Below are positions 28,601 through 38,836 of a stretch of 64,000 nucleotides of DNA, one piece after another. A program made the translations under genes and the position numbers. The number at the start of each line of letters is the position of its first letter. Within the stretch, counting starts at the first letter, position 1. The stretch comes from Gemmatimonadota bacterium. Its GTDB lineage: Bacteria; Gemmatimonadota; Gemmatimonadetes; Gemmatimonadales; GWC2-71-9. Under the pieces are notes generated by a model, which worked only from the letters and a program-made list of their open reading frames with translations, did not search any database and was not told where the DNA came from. The stretch lies in assembly GCA_039586365.1 (NCBI GenBank), contig JBDHKN010000029.1, forward strand, positions 1-64,000, written 5' to 3'.

Positions 28601-30265
28601 TCAACGGCGAGTGGATGCTGTTGGCGGAAGTGCTCGATCGCGGATTTCCGACGCGATGCGCGCGCCGACTTCGTTCTCCTCGTCAACCACTATGTGTGCA
28701 CCAGCGACATCGAGCTGCCAGCGATGCACGTGGTAGCGCGACCTGACAACGATGATCGTGTCGGGTGCGAGCGACCGGACTTGTTGCACCACCTGCCTAG
28801 CCGCGCGCGGATCCGGCAGCGTAACGGCCACCGCCCTTGCAGTTCGAACGTGTGCGTGCTCCAGCACTTCTTCTCGCGTGGCGTCACCTAGCTGCACCGG
28901 CAAACCGTACGCATCGGCATGCGCCGCCGTGCTCCGATTCTGTTCCACCACGAGAATGGGGAGTTCAGGGTCGCCCATCAGCAACTCCGCGATCCGTTGG
29001 CCCGCCGGCCCGAAGCCGACTATCACGAGGTGGCCCCGCTGCGCTTCTCTTCGTCCCGCTCCTTCTCCTTCGAGACCCACGCCGCCCGCGGCACCCAATC
29101 CACCCACGAAACTGGCCAGGCGCGGCGCGAGCGCAGCCAGGTACGGCGTCAGAAACAGAGTGAGCATCAGAGCCGCAACAATCAGCTCGAATTGCGCCCC
29201 CGCCAGCACTTCGGCCTCGATCGCCACTCCTGCAAGGACCAGAGAGAATTCCCCCAACTGTGCCAGCACGAGCCCTGTCGCGAGCGCCTGACCGAGCGGA
29301 CTACCTAACAGGTAAACCGCTCCGGTAGTCACCGCCGTCTTGCCGATCACTACCGCTGCCACCACCGCCAGCAGCAACATCCAGTTCTGAGCGACCCACG
29401 CGGGATTACTCAGCATTCCGATGGAACTGAAGAACAGCGTCATGAATAGCGTCTGCAGCGGAACGATGTCGGCCCTGATCTGCGTCGCAAAACGAGATTC
29501 GCCCAGCAAGACACCGGCGAGGAACGCGCCGAGCACGGGCGAGAAGCCCAGCCAGTGGGACACCCACGCAGCGCCGACCGCCGTCACTATCGCGAGCAGG
29601 ATCGGCATGTCCCGGTTTCGTGCAGCGACGCCCGTACCGAGCACCAACGGCACCACCCGGTTCAACACGACGTGGAATGCAGCAAATAGCAGTGTGGCCA
29701 ATCCCAATGAACGGATCAGCGACCACCCAATCGCCACCGCCGAACCCTCCCCACCCAGCATCGCAACCAGGAGAACGAGCGGCACGACAGCGACATCCTG
29801 CAGCAGCAGCACGCCGATCGCGTTCCGCCCGTGTACTGCGTCGACCTCAGCACGTGCGGCCAGCAGGCGCACGACCGCGGCAGTACTGCTGAGCGGCACA
29901 ATCGCCCCAATCGCCACGGACCCTCGCACATCGAGTCCTGCCAGCAGACACACCAACGTCGTCAGCGCCCCGCTTCCCAATACCTGCAGCGTCCCCCCCA
30001 ATCCTCCTACCTTCCCGACCGCCAGCAGTCGCCGCCATGAGAACTCCAAACCGATGCTGAACAGGAGCAGAGCCACACCCAGCTCCGCGATCGCCGTAAC
30101 CGCGCTGTGACTCGGCAGTAGATCGAGCGAGTTGGGGCCCAGCAGCGTGCCGGCTAGCAGGTATCCCAGAATCGGGCTCTGACGAAACCGCTCGCACAGA
30201 CCTCCCAGAACCACCGCTGCAGCAAGCAGTATCAGTATGTCGAGTAGGGCAGTCCAGAGTTGCAT
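28601..30265 (-). CDS. CPA2 cation:proton antiporter with TrkA-N domain (Kef-like)
   Basis: ILGYLLAG, AELGVALLLFSIGLE, LSST, LLLQD, LAQLGEFS, IVGFGPAG. Confidence 0.92.
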   Translation of the reverse strand: MQLWTALLDILILLAAAVVLGGLCERFRQSPILGYLLAGTLLGPNSLDLLPSHSAVTAIAELGVALLLFSIGLEFSWRRLLAVGKVGGLGGTLQVLGSGALTTLVCLLAGLDVRGSVAIGAIVPLSSTAAVVRLLAARAEVDAVHGRNAIGVLLLQDVAVVPLVLLVAMLGGEGSAVAIGWSLIRSLGLATLLFAAFHVVLNRVVPLVLGTGVAARNRDMPILLAIVTAVGAAWVSHWLGFSPVLGAFLAGVLLGESRFATQIRADIVPLQTLFMTLFFSSIGMLSNPAWVAQNWMLLLAVVAAVVIGKTAVTTGAVYLLGSPLGQALATGLVLAQLGEFSLVLAGVAIEAEVLAGAQFELIVAALMLTLFLTPYLAALAPRLASFVGGLGAAGGVGLEGEGAGRREAQRGHLVIVGFGPAGQRIAELLMGDPELPILVVEQNRSTAAHADAYGLPVQLGDATREEVLEHAHVRTARAVAVTLPDPRAARQVVQQVRSLAPDTIIVVRSRYHVHRWQLDVAGAHIVVDEENEVGARIASEIRDRALPPTASTRR

Positions 30266-30495
30266 GGGTGATCGTAGATCCTGTCGCACCGATGGGAGGA
30301 CAGGAAGATGTGCGGGCGGCGCTGGCTTTGCTATAGGCCGGTCATCCGGCCTTTGCAGTCGGTATTTCGCGGCTGGCGTTGCTGCTGCGTCAGCCATCGG
30401 TTCTGGATGTCGCTGCTGATATCCGCCACTCGGCTAGTCGGTCTCTGAGCGCGACCTTATGTGGCTCCCGGGGTCAAACCCGTCCTCTACCGCCC

Positions 30496-30543
30496 TCACT
30501 CGTCAATCGTCACTCGTCAATCGCCACTCGTCACTCGTCACTC
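30496..30543. repeat. Heptamer tandem repeat (TCACTCG)x7
   Basis: tcactcg tcaatcg tcactcg tcaatcg ccactcg tcactcg tcactc, directly after a stop codon. Confidence 0.85.
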
Positions 30544-30999
30544 CTAGCCTGGCAGTCCGCCTGGACCCGTGAGGTGCTGTTCGATCAGGTCGATCGGGGC
30601 GAAAAGTATGCCCATGAGATGGGTCGGTCTTCTGAGCAGGATCGTCGGAATCGACATGACTTCGCAGGTGCGCTCGGCCCGAATCGTCTGGAGCATGAAC
30701 GATACCCCTAGGAACGTGGCAACTCCCAGTTGTCCGAGAGGACCCCCGAAGGCAAACACGAGCACTGCCGGGGCTAGCGCCATGAGAGCCCCGAGCCAGC
30801 GGCGCTGGCCTGAACCAAACTTGATGACCAAGAAGTGCAAGACCGTGTAAGAGAGCGCCAATGAGGCAAATACCGCTGCAACTCTGAGATTGAAGGACGT
30901 GTCCTGGAACCGCATGGCGGTGAAGGCCATCCAACCGAGCAGCATGGCCAGCATCAGGCGCAAGGTGCGCCCGATGATGCCCGCATTCTGTGCAGCCAT
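30544..30999 (-). CDS. Small membrane protein (DUF6410-like)
   Basis: Three to four TM helices; CEVMSIP..LLRRPTHL..LFAPID C-terminal motif. Confidence 0.65.
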   Translation of the reverse strand: MAAQNAGIIGRTLRLMLAMLLGWMAFTAMRFQDTSFNLRVAAVFASLALSYTVLHFLVIKFGSGQRRWLGALMALAPAVLVFAFGGPLGQLGVATFLGVSFMLQTIRAERTCEVMSIPTILLRRPTHLMGILFAPIDLIEQHLTGPGGLPG

Positions 31000-31286
31000 G
31001 GTGAGTGTACGATACGGTCCCCGCCAGTCATCGGCTAGATGCGCGGCACGTGACTCGTCCTTGATTGTGCCTCGGTAGCTTCTCCGACGTACGAACGGCC
31101 CCAACGTATCGCTCCACGTCGTCGATCGAGTATGACATATCCGTGCCAGGAGAGAAGAGCTGCGAGGGTTGGGAACCCGCGATCAACAGGACCAGGAACC
31201 TGCCTCTGGCGAGATCACAGCACGCACTCGTCTGCCCGGCCACCCTCGGAGGGCGGGACTGATACGAAGAAAGCCCTCGGGCCACT

Positions 31287-31655
31287 CTAGAATTTCCAGA
31301 CCTTCAACGGAGAATGGCGGGCTACTCGTGCGACATCACGGTCGGTAGTTAGCATGACCTGTATGTGATGAATGCAGAGCTGCGAGAGCAACGCATCGAT
31401 TGTCCGTATTTGCACCCCTTTCCGCCGGCACGTGTTCCGAAGCGCGGCGGCCTTGACGTAGTCACCGCGATCCGGCACGAGGAACGGGAGTGCGGCAAAT
31501 CGCTGGAGGATTAGGTTGCGAGCATTCGGTCCGGCAAACCCCTGCAGCGACTCCTGCAGCACCAGCCTAGTCGTGAACACGGAGCCGCCGGCTTCGAGTT
31601 GCTCTGCGAGAAGCTCTACCTCGGCAGAACGGCGCGGCGCGTCCCGCCTGATGGT
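31287..31655 (-). pseudogene. VapC/PIN-domain toxin remnant lacking its N-terminus; no antitoxin visible
   Basis: RRDAP...VFTTRLVLQESLQG...AAALRNTCRRKGVQIRTIDALL...LTTDRD; the N-terminal xDTSVW acidic motif is absent. Confidence 0.7.
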
Positions 31656-31825
31656 GATTCGGCCCAGGATCGGCTCAGCCCAATCCCGTTGCAGCTTCTT
31701 CCTGCTTCTCAGTCTCCAAGCGACTCGCCTTTGCGACGGTCCAAACGGGCGATAGTTTCCTCGGTTAAGTATCCGGCCCGGCATCCCCCCATGCGCAGGG
31801 CCCTGACTACTCAAAGGAGAGGGGT

Positions 31826-33361
31826 ATGGACATTAGAGGCTACTTCGTCAGGGACATACCGCGCAGGGCGTTCCTGGAAAGAGGTATCAAAGGTGGCATA
31901 GCGATCACTGCTGGACCGACCCTGATGAGCTTGCTCGAGGGGTGCGCCGGTGCGGAGACGGCCAGTGCCAAAGTTGAAGTCGATCCGGATATCCTGAACT
32001 CGACCATCGCGAGGGCGCTTTCTCAGGGAGGTGAGTTCGCCGACGTATACGTCGAAAACCGTATCTCACGGAACATTCTCATGGAGGAGTCCCGGTTCAA
32101 GAGTGCCGAGTTCGGAGTGAGCCAGGGCGCCGGCGTGAGGGTCATTTCCGGCGACAAGACCGGCTATGCCTATACCGAGGAGATCACCGAAGAGGCCCTG
32201 CAACGCGCTGCGGACGTGGCATCGTATATCGCACGAGGAACGCAATCAACTGAACCGGTGGCTGTCAGCGGTCGCTCCAGCCGTGAGTCCTTCGTTACTG
32301 TGCAACTCCCACTGGAGAGGATTGCAGATAGTAGGCGACTGGAGATCATGGAGCGCGCCAACCAGGCTGCGCTCGACTACGACAGCCGCATAACCATGGC
32401 CAGCATCAACTACAGCGATGAGGTCCGCGGCCGAGTGCTGGCGAACAGTGAAGGCACTTACTTGAGCGATGAACTTCCGCTGTTCTTCTTCGTTGTGCAG
32501 ACCCTCGGTGTTGAGAATGACACTCGCCATATGGGACGCGAGCGCCTGAGCCGCCACAGCGGATTCGAGATGTTCGACGAGCTCCCGCCCGAGGAAGTCG
32601 CTCGCACAGCGGCACGCGAGTCCATTGCTATGCTGGAAGCTCAGGACGCGCCGGCGGGACGGATGGATGTGGTGATGCAGAACGGTTGGGGCGGTGTGCT
32701 GGTCCACGAAGCGGTGGGACACCCACTGGAAGGGGACAATATCGCGCGGGAGATCGGTGCCTTCACCGGTAAGATGGGGCAGCAGGTAGCCAGCGACGTG
32801 TTCACCATGGTCGACGATGGCTCACTGCCCAACATGCGTGGCACGACTAACTTCGATGATGAGGGCACCCAGATGAAACGCAACGTTCTCATCGAGAACG
32901 GCGTGCTTCACAAGTACATGACCGACGTCCTGTCAGCCAAGCAACTAGGCCTGGACCGGACCGGTAACGGGCGGCGGGAGAGCTTCCGTTACTTCCCCAT
33001 CCCACGCATGACCAACACGTTCATCGCGAGAGGGAGCGACGACCCCGAGGACATCGTCAGTTCCACTTCCAGCGGCTTGTACGTACAGAGCCTGAGCGGG
33101 GGCAGCGTCAACCCGATCACGGGCCAGTTCAACTTCACTTGCCGCGAGGCCTATCTCATCGAAAACGGACAGAAGACCGCCCCGGTCAAGGGCGCTACCC
33201 TGGTCGGCAGCTGCATCGACGTCATCTCCAGTATCGACGCAGTCGGCAACGATCTGGCTTTCGGCCCTGGCATCTGTGGCAAAGGGCAGGCTGCGGAGGT
33301 CTCCGTCGGGCAGCCCACAGTGAGGATCCGCGGGATCAACGTGGGCGGGAGGCGAGCATAG
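31826..33361 (+). CDS. tldD: TldD-family metalloprotease with twin-arginine/lipoprotein-like signal
   Basis: GGEFADVYVE, GVLVHEAVGHPLEGD, FDDEG, GNGRRES, PRMTNT, GICGKGQ; N-terminal PRRAFL...LEGC. Confidence 0.92.
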   Translation: MDIRGYFVRDIPRRAFLERGIKGGIAITAGPTLMSLLEGCAGAETASAKVEVDPDILNSTIARALSQGGEFADVYVENRISRNILMEESRFKSAEFGVSQGAGVRVISGDKTGYAYTEEITEEALQRAADVASYIARGTQSTEPVAVSGRSSRESFVTVQLPLERIADSRRLEIMERANQAALDYDSRITMASINYSDEVRGRVLANSEGTYLSDELPLFFFVVQTLGVENDTRHMGRERLSRHSGFEMFDELPPEEVARTAARESIAMLEAQDAPAGRMDVVMQNGWGGVLVHEAVGHPLEGDNIAREIGAFTGKMGQQVASDVFTMVDDGSLPNMRGTTNFDDEGTQMKRNVLIENGVLHKYMTDVLSAKQLGLDRTGNGRRESFRYFPIPRMTNTFIARGSDDPEDIVSSTSSGLYVQSLSGGSVNPITGQFNFTCREAYLIENGQKTAPVKGATLVGSCIDVISSIDAVGNDLAFGPGICGKGQAAEVSVGQPTVRIRGINVGGRRA

Positions 33362-33362
33362 A

Positions 33363-34730
33363 ATGGAAACGCGCACCAGTCAGGGAGAACCTGTCATGCA
33401 GCACGAGAATCTACCGCGAGATCTGGTTGACAGATGCCTCAGCAAAGGCGCCGATGCCGCCGAGGTTTACCTCGAGACGGGGCGGCAACTCAGAATCGAA
33501 GTTCGGGGCGGAGAGCTGGAGACGGTCCAGGAATCGTCCTCGCACGGCGTAGGTTTGCGTGTGTTCCGGGAAGGCAAGATGGCGTTCGCTCACTGCAACG
33601 ACCTGAGCGACACCTCACTCGATGCTGCCATTGCGAGCGCCGTCGATTTCGCCCGGCACATGACGGCTGACGAGCACAATGTTCTGCCAACGGACAGCGG
33701 CGCCACGGAGGTCGGAGGTCTGGTCGATCCGTCGCTCGGTGGCATGTCGCTGGACTCCAAGATCGAGTTGATAACGGAAACCGAACAGCTGGCGATGCAG
33801 GAAAGCCGGATCACGAAGAGTGACGGTTCCCGGTACAGTGAAGCCGAAAGCGCCGTCCTGCTGGCGAATTCGCATGGCGTCTCGAAGAACTATCGGTCAA
33901 CCCTCTGCTCCTTCGGCGTCTCCGTCGTGGCGGAAAAGGGTGATCAGAAGTCGTCTGGTGGCGAATCGTGCTCACGACGATTCTTCGCCGATCTCGTGAC
34001 GCCGGCGGAGGTGGCAGAGGAAGCGGCCAGAAGCGCGTACGAGATGCTCGATCCGCGCATGGTGAGAACGCAGCGGGCGACAGTGGTGTTCCATCCCGAT
34101 GTAGCTCGCTCATTGCTTGGAGGCATCCTCGGCGCGATAAACGGAGAGCGCGTACTACAGGGTGCGAGCTTCCTCGCAGGCAAGGTCGGCGAGAGGATCG
34201 GAGCCGATCTGCTCACGGTCATTGACGATGGTACGAGGCCCAAAGGCCTGGCCAGCAGCCCGTTTGACGGCGAGGGTGTTCCCACTCAGCGACGGACTAT
34301 CATCGACGGTGGCGTGCTGCACGGCTTCATGTACAACACGATGGTCGCTTCACGAGCGGGTGTGGAGAGTACCGGCAACGCTTCCCGGGGCGGTTTCACG
34401 CGCCTGCCCGGTATCGGTCCCCACAACTTCTACATGGAGGCTGGTGGGGCTGACCCACAGGACATAATTGATACTACGTCGAACGGCCTCTACCTCAGGG
34501 GTGTCACTGGCTACGGCATCAACCCGGTGAGTGGCAACTTCAGCGGTGGCGCTCAGGGATTCTGGATCCGGAACGGGAGAATCACGTTCCCGGTCAGGGG
34601 ACTGACAATCGCAGCCACGGCTGAGGAGATGCTGCACGGCATCGACATGGTAGGGAACGATCTCGATCTGAACCGATCGATGACTGCTCCGACTTTCCGT
34701 ATCAGCTCAATGCAGATCGGAGGTGAGTGA
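33363..34730 (+). CDS. pmbA: TldE/PmbA-family protein
   Basis: GADAAEVY, PFDGEG, STGNASR, SGNFS; no HExxH; directly follows tldD. Confidence 0.9.
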   Translation: METRTSQGEPVMQHENLPRDLVDRCLSKGADAAEVYLETGRQLRIEVRGGELETVQESSSHGVGLRVFREGKMAFAHCNDLSDTSLDAAIASAVDFARHMTADEHNVLPTDSGATEVGGLVDPSLGGMSLDSKIELITETEQLAMQESRITKSDGSRYSEAESAVLLANSHGVSKNYRSTLCSFGVSVVAEKGDQKSSGGESCSRRFFADLVTPAEVAEEAARSAYEMLDPRMVRTQRATVVFHPDVARSLLGGILGAINGERVLQGASFLAGKVGERIGADLLTVIDDGTRPKGLASSPFDGEGVPTQRRTIIDGGVLHGFMYNTMVASRAGVESTGNASRGGFTRLPGIGPHNFYMEAGGADPQDIIDTTSNGLYLRGVTGYGINPVSGNFSGGAQGFWIRNGRITFPVRGLTIAATAEEMLHGIDMVGNDLDLNRSMTAPTFRISSMQIGGE

Positions 34731-34765
34731 ACACTGGTCTTGACCCCGTGGTAAGCAAGGGCTGC

Positions 34766-35959
34766 CTAGAACATACGCGCCCACTCAGACCATTCAGACC
34801 ATCCGGCTTGCGTCGCTTGACGGGCTCGGAACACGTAGGCTGTACCCGGATCGATGCAGGGAATCATGCCGGCTGCGAAAGTGCCGCTCGATTGCGAGAT
34901 GTCTACTGACGTCCCATCGCCCGGAATGGTCTCCGAATCCCAAACGGGCGTGCGATTCGAGTCGTCGAGGGCTAGGACGAGTTGCCAGGATGTCTGGCCG
35001 GCTAGAGCTGATTTCTCGACGGTGAAAGTCGCGCAGCCAACCGGCTCCGTCGCCACCACGACGTTGTCATACCAGCGCTTGAGACCGCCCACTGGAGCGC
35101 CGCCGTTCCAGTATGTGTCAATCATTGCCACGTTCACCGAAGTACCGGTGTATGCGCCCCTCAGATTCATACCGGACCGATCGAGAACTACACGCCCGTT
35201 GGCCCAGAACGTTATCCGTCCATCGTCTTGTCCCGGACTGTTGAGCTGGATGCGCATCTCCAAGGCCACCCAGCGTCCATCCAGACTGTCAAAAGACAGC
35301 GACGACGCAAGGGATCCAAGCCACCTCTCTGCATCGGAGTACTGCGTGCCGTTGGGAGCAGCGACATTGCTCACGGGATCTGAGATAGCAGTCCCACCGC
35401 TCCGGATCCAGAAGTGCTCCATCCAGGCGAAGCACCACGCACAGTCGATGTAGTGGCTGCGCATCCTGGCCATCTTGGGAGGGTATTCGGTGGGCCACGC
35501 CGCCTGGAATCTGTGATACCAGCGGAAGTAGACCTCGGCGAAGGACTCACTCGGCCGCACCCCGCCCAACGGGTGATCGCCGAAGAACCAGGCTAGCCAG
35601 CCGGCCGATTCTTGTCCCAGGGTATATTCCTGCTGCATCGACCGCTGACCGCCCAGCGCTTCGCCCGAAACGACGGCGAACCCGTCGTCGTCGTAGTCGC
35701 TCCAGTCGCTGCGGTCGTCGGTCTCAAAATCCTCGCAGATAATTGTGCTGGAATGTGAGCACGTGGGTTCAGGAGAACGGACAATCGGCTGCGACAGTGT
35801 CGGTGCGCTCAGCGAGTCGGGTGCGACAGGCGGTGCCCCGTCTGCACCACAACTAAACAGTGCGGCCAAGACGGGTACGCCCACCAGCGCACTGGCTGCA
35901 GCCGCCTTGAGGCCGTCTCTGAGTGTCGTGGGGAGGCGAGAGATCATCGAATCCTCCAA
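34766..35959 (-). CDS. Secreted/lipoprotein with concanavalin/polysaccharide-lyase-like beta-sandwich
   Basis: Signal ending LFSC; CEDFE, VYFRWY, WVALEMRIQLNSPGQDDG..FW.NG, WYDNVVVA. Confidence 0.6.
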   Translation of the reverse strand: MEDSMISRLPTTLRDGLKAAAASALVGVPVLAALFSCGADGAPPVAPDSLSAPTLSQPIVRSPEPTCSHSSTIICEDFETDDRSDWSDYDDDGFAVVSGEALGGQRSMQQEYTLGQESAGWLAWFFGDHPLGGVRPSESFAEVYFRWYHRFQAAWPTEYPPKMARMRSHYIDCAWCFAWMEHFWIRSGGTAISDPVSNVAAPNGTQYSDAERWLGSLASSLSFDSLDGRWVALEMRIQLNSPGQDDGRITFWANGRVVLDRSGMNLRGAYTGTSVNVAMIDTYWNGGAPVGGLKRWYDNVVVATEPVGCATFTVEKSALAGQTSWQLVLALDDSNRTPVWDSETIPGDGTSVDISQSSGTFAAGMIPCIDPGTAYVFRARQATQAGWSEWSEWARMF

Positions 35960-36059
35960 CTCATTGTCACCACCGAGGAAGACCGCAGGCCATATCGCCT
36001 TTCGCGGCGCCCGAGTCTGCCAAAGTTGAAGCCGCTGGTCTGCCTACACGCCCTCCGGA

Positions 36060-36473
36060 TCAACGCGCGCGACGTGACCGGGACAGGATCTTGCGAACGT
36101 TCAGTAGCAGTCTCTTCTGGTCAATGGGCTTGTCCACGTATCCGTCAGGTGGCGGCACCGTGCGCTGATAGATCAGTCGGCGGAGCTCAGGTCGTCCCGA
36201 GACTATGCATACTGGAATACTCCTGAGTGCCGGGTCACTTCTCATTTCCTCGAATACCTCTCCCCCGTCTTTGCCGGGCATCGAGATATCCAGTGTCACC
36301 ATATCGGGCCGCTCACTGCGGGCCAATTCCAGGGCCTCCTCACCATCACGGGCCTCCACCACTGTCGCGCCGCTATCGCTCAGTACGGTGCCAATGAACG
36401 TGAGGCTGTCTGGCTCATCGTCAACCACGAGTATCGTGTAATTGGAGAGATCCATCACCACATCAAACTCCAT
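36060..36473 (-). CDS. Single-domain response regulator (REC)
   Basis: ILVVDDE, TLDISMPGKDG, YVDKP. Confidence 0.9.
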   Translation of the reverse strand: MEFDVVMDLSNYTILVVDDEPDSLTFIGTVLSDSGATVVEARDGEEALELARSERPDMVTLDISMPGKDGGEVFEEMRSDPALRSIPVCIVSGRPELRRLIYQRTVPPPDGYVDKPIDQKRLLLNVRKILSRSRRAR

Positions 36474-36549
36474 CCCTAGTCGAATGCCGCTGGGCTGGGG
36501 CCTCGGCGACCATTGTAGTCATCACTGCTGCAGTGTAGGTGTTGGTCAC

Positions 36550-36933
36550 CTACTCGACGATCAGTGTGCCTCTCTCGTACATGTGGTAGTCACTGCACCA
36601 GATCGTGCACAGGAAGAGATATTCACCCGCGACCTCGGGAGTGAATGTGACCTCTGTCACGTCGCCGGGTCTGATCGCTCCTGTGCTGAGATTGAGCGCG
36701 GGCAGATAAAAGCTGTGTGTCACAGTATCCGGATTCTTCACCACTATGGTCACCTGGTGCCCGCGCTGGACTCGGATAGTGCGCGGCGACCAGTTGCCCC
36801 GCTCGGGGGCACGCGTCAGCAGCGTCAGCCTGGCCGGCTCCGCTTGGACCGGTCTGCAACCGGAGACCGTCAGTGCGGGACCCGCCAGGCACAACAGCGT
36901 CACAACTGCGGCTGCGCCGTTCCGCATGAACAT
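36550..36933 (-). CDS. Cupredoxin-domain protein (CuA-like motif)
   Basis: THSFY...CTIWCSDYHMYE; signal peptide. Confidence 0.85.
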   Translation of the reverse strand: MFMRNGAAAVVTLLCLAGPALTVSGCRPVQAEPARLTLLTRAPERGNWSPRTIRVQRGHQVTIVVKNPDTVTHSFYLPALNLSTGAIRPGDVTEVTFTPEVAGEYLFLCTIWCSDYHMYERGTLIVE

Positions 36934-36937
36934 CGGA

Positions 36938-38836
36938 CTATCCTTCGAACAGCCAGAGAAAGAGTATGCTGAGCCCCATCAGGAACAACAGCATCGGTAT
37001 CCACCCCCTCTTCGCCTCGTTGCCCGTGGCGAATATCTGTCCGGCGAACCTGTAGCCGTACTCCAAGGAAAACGCCAGCCCTCCTAATAGCATCACCGTT
37101 TGTAGATAGGGAAGCGCCCCGGTCCAAAATGGCGCGAATCCCCAGCCTGCAGTTCCCAACAAGTTCCAACCCACGGATAGCGGGTCTGAGAGGACTCGCG
37201 GTATGTAGCTCCCGTTGACGAGAATGATGCCCAGACTGAACGCAGCCCAGCGAGCAATGCCCAGTGGGACGAGACAGTAGGAGAATCCTACGAACACCTT
37301 CTTGAGGGATACCTGCTTGTCTCCACTTGCCAGCTTCGAGAGGTACGACACCAAGAGAAACAGACCCGGCACCAAGACGAAGCTCAGCACCGTGTAGGCC
37401 GCCACGAAGAGCGCATAGCCGCCGAGGGTTTTCACACTCACCAAATCCCGGAGCCAACCGTGGGGTCCCTGCATCGTGAGAAAGAAGACGACGAGAACAC
37501 CGATCATTGTCAGGCTCTTGAATGCCTCATCGAGACCCCGGCGGTTGTAGCGATCGTCCGTGCGCTTCCGCGCCGTGAGTAGGTCGGTCCCGAACGGCCT
37601 AAGGTTGAGAGCCATGTTGTCGTGAGGGCAGGTCTTGAAGCACTCCATGCACAAGCCACAGTAGGTGTTGCGATTCAAGTCAAACGGCTGCTCCATCCAG
37701 GGGCAGCCGTAACCTTTCTCGTTTCCCACGTAGCAACTCTTGGGCTTGTGGGTCTGGCAGATCGCCGGGTCTTTTACCCTGACCTCGCATGCAGCGAAGT
37801 TCGCGTACAGTCCCTGGAAGCCGCTGACTGGGCAAACGTACAGGCAGAAAGTCCGCTTCTCGAATATCACGGAGACGATGATCGCTCCGAGCACCACGAC
37901 TGCCAGCAGGCCGAACGTAGCTATTGGGATGACCGTGAAGAAGCCGAACAGAAACGTCGCTACAAAGAACACCATCGTGACGGGCCAGAGATTGCGGAAC
38001 CTCTTGGGCCACCGCTTGCCCAGCCCCCAGGACTTGTGTTGGCCGACACCGATGAGCTTACCCCTCTGTAACCAATCTCCCAGCAGAGGGAACGGACACA
38101 CCATACACCAGAACCGGCCCAACACGGGCACGAAGATCGTCATCAGGAGCACCCACCAGAGTACCCAGACGATCATGACACCGAAATTGAGGTTCCCCGC
38201 TGAAACTCCGCCCCTGAGACCGGATACCAGGATGACCACGAGGATGAGCGAGTTCAGCACGACGAACAGAGTGGGGAACCAACGATTCTTAAACAGGTTC
38301 CGCACCGGTTTGTACTTGGTGAGTTCAAAGCGCCAGTCTAGAGGAACGATGCCGAACAGGGCGTCCCGACTGCGCTTGCTTCTCTTGAACGCCAATGCCA
38401 ACGAGCCAAGGGTCAGCAGCACTATGAGGATCACACCCGCGTGGTACCTCCGGTTGGGCAAGACTCGCAGATAACCGTACTCGTAGGGGTGCATCCAGCC
38501 ACAAGTAACCGAACAGCGGAAGGAGAATCTCCCGGCCTTGTCAGCCACGAATCCGATGAGTCTGATCTCACCGGGGTCGACGGTGGCTTGTATGCCGTAG
38601 TCGTATAGATAGAACCCGTGTGTGACATCTCGGGAGATGAGCTTGATCGCTACTGTCTCGCCTTCTTTCACCGTGATGATGCTGGGGTCATAGCTGAATC
38701 TTCCGACGCTCACTTCGACCGTGCGTTGACCCCCGACGAGTTCTCCGGAATAGCGATCCGAATCACTACACGAAGAGATCGTGCAAGCCAGCGCCACGAC
38801 CGCAAACGCCCCAAGCGCGTTACTGTTTGCTCTCAA
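36938..38836 (-). CDS. Cupredoxin fused to a NapH/NosR-like membrane polyferredoxin
   Basis: THGFY...CSVTCGWMHPYE; GRFWCMVCP, FCLYVCP, CGLCMECFKTCP; likely TTG start overlapping the upstream stop (TTGA). Confidence 0.85.
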   Translation of the reverse strand: MRANSNALGAFAVVALACTISSCSDSDRYSGELVGGQRTVEVSVGRFSYDPSIITVKEGETVAIKLISRDVTHGFYLYDYGIQATVDPGEIRLIGFVADKAGRFSFRCSVTCGWMHPYEYGYLRVLPNRRYHAGVILIVLLTLGSLALAFKRSKRSRDALFGIVPLDWRFELTKYKPVRNLFKNRWFPTLFVVLNSLILVVILVSGLRGGVSAGNLNFGVMIVWVLWWVLLMTIFVPVLGRFWCMVCPFPLLGDWLQRGKLIGVGQHKSWGLGKRWPKRFRNLWPVTMVFFVATFLFGFFTVIPIATFGLLAVVVLGAIIVSVIFEKRTFCLYVCPVSGFQGLYANFAACEVRVKDPAICQTHKPKSCYVGNEKGYGCPWMEQPFDLNRNTYCGLCMECFKTCPHDNMALNLRPFGTDLLTARKRTDDRYNRRGLDEAFKSLTMIGVLVVFFLTMQGPHGWLRDLVSVKTLGGYALFVAAYTVLSFVLVPGLFLLVSYLSKLASGDKQVSLKKVFVGFSYCLVPLGIARWAAFSLGIILVNGSYIPRVLSDPLSVGWNLLGTAGWGFAPFWTGALPYLQTVMLLGGLAFSLEYGYRFAGQIFATGNEAKRGWIPMLLFLMGLSILFLWLFEG

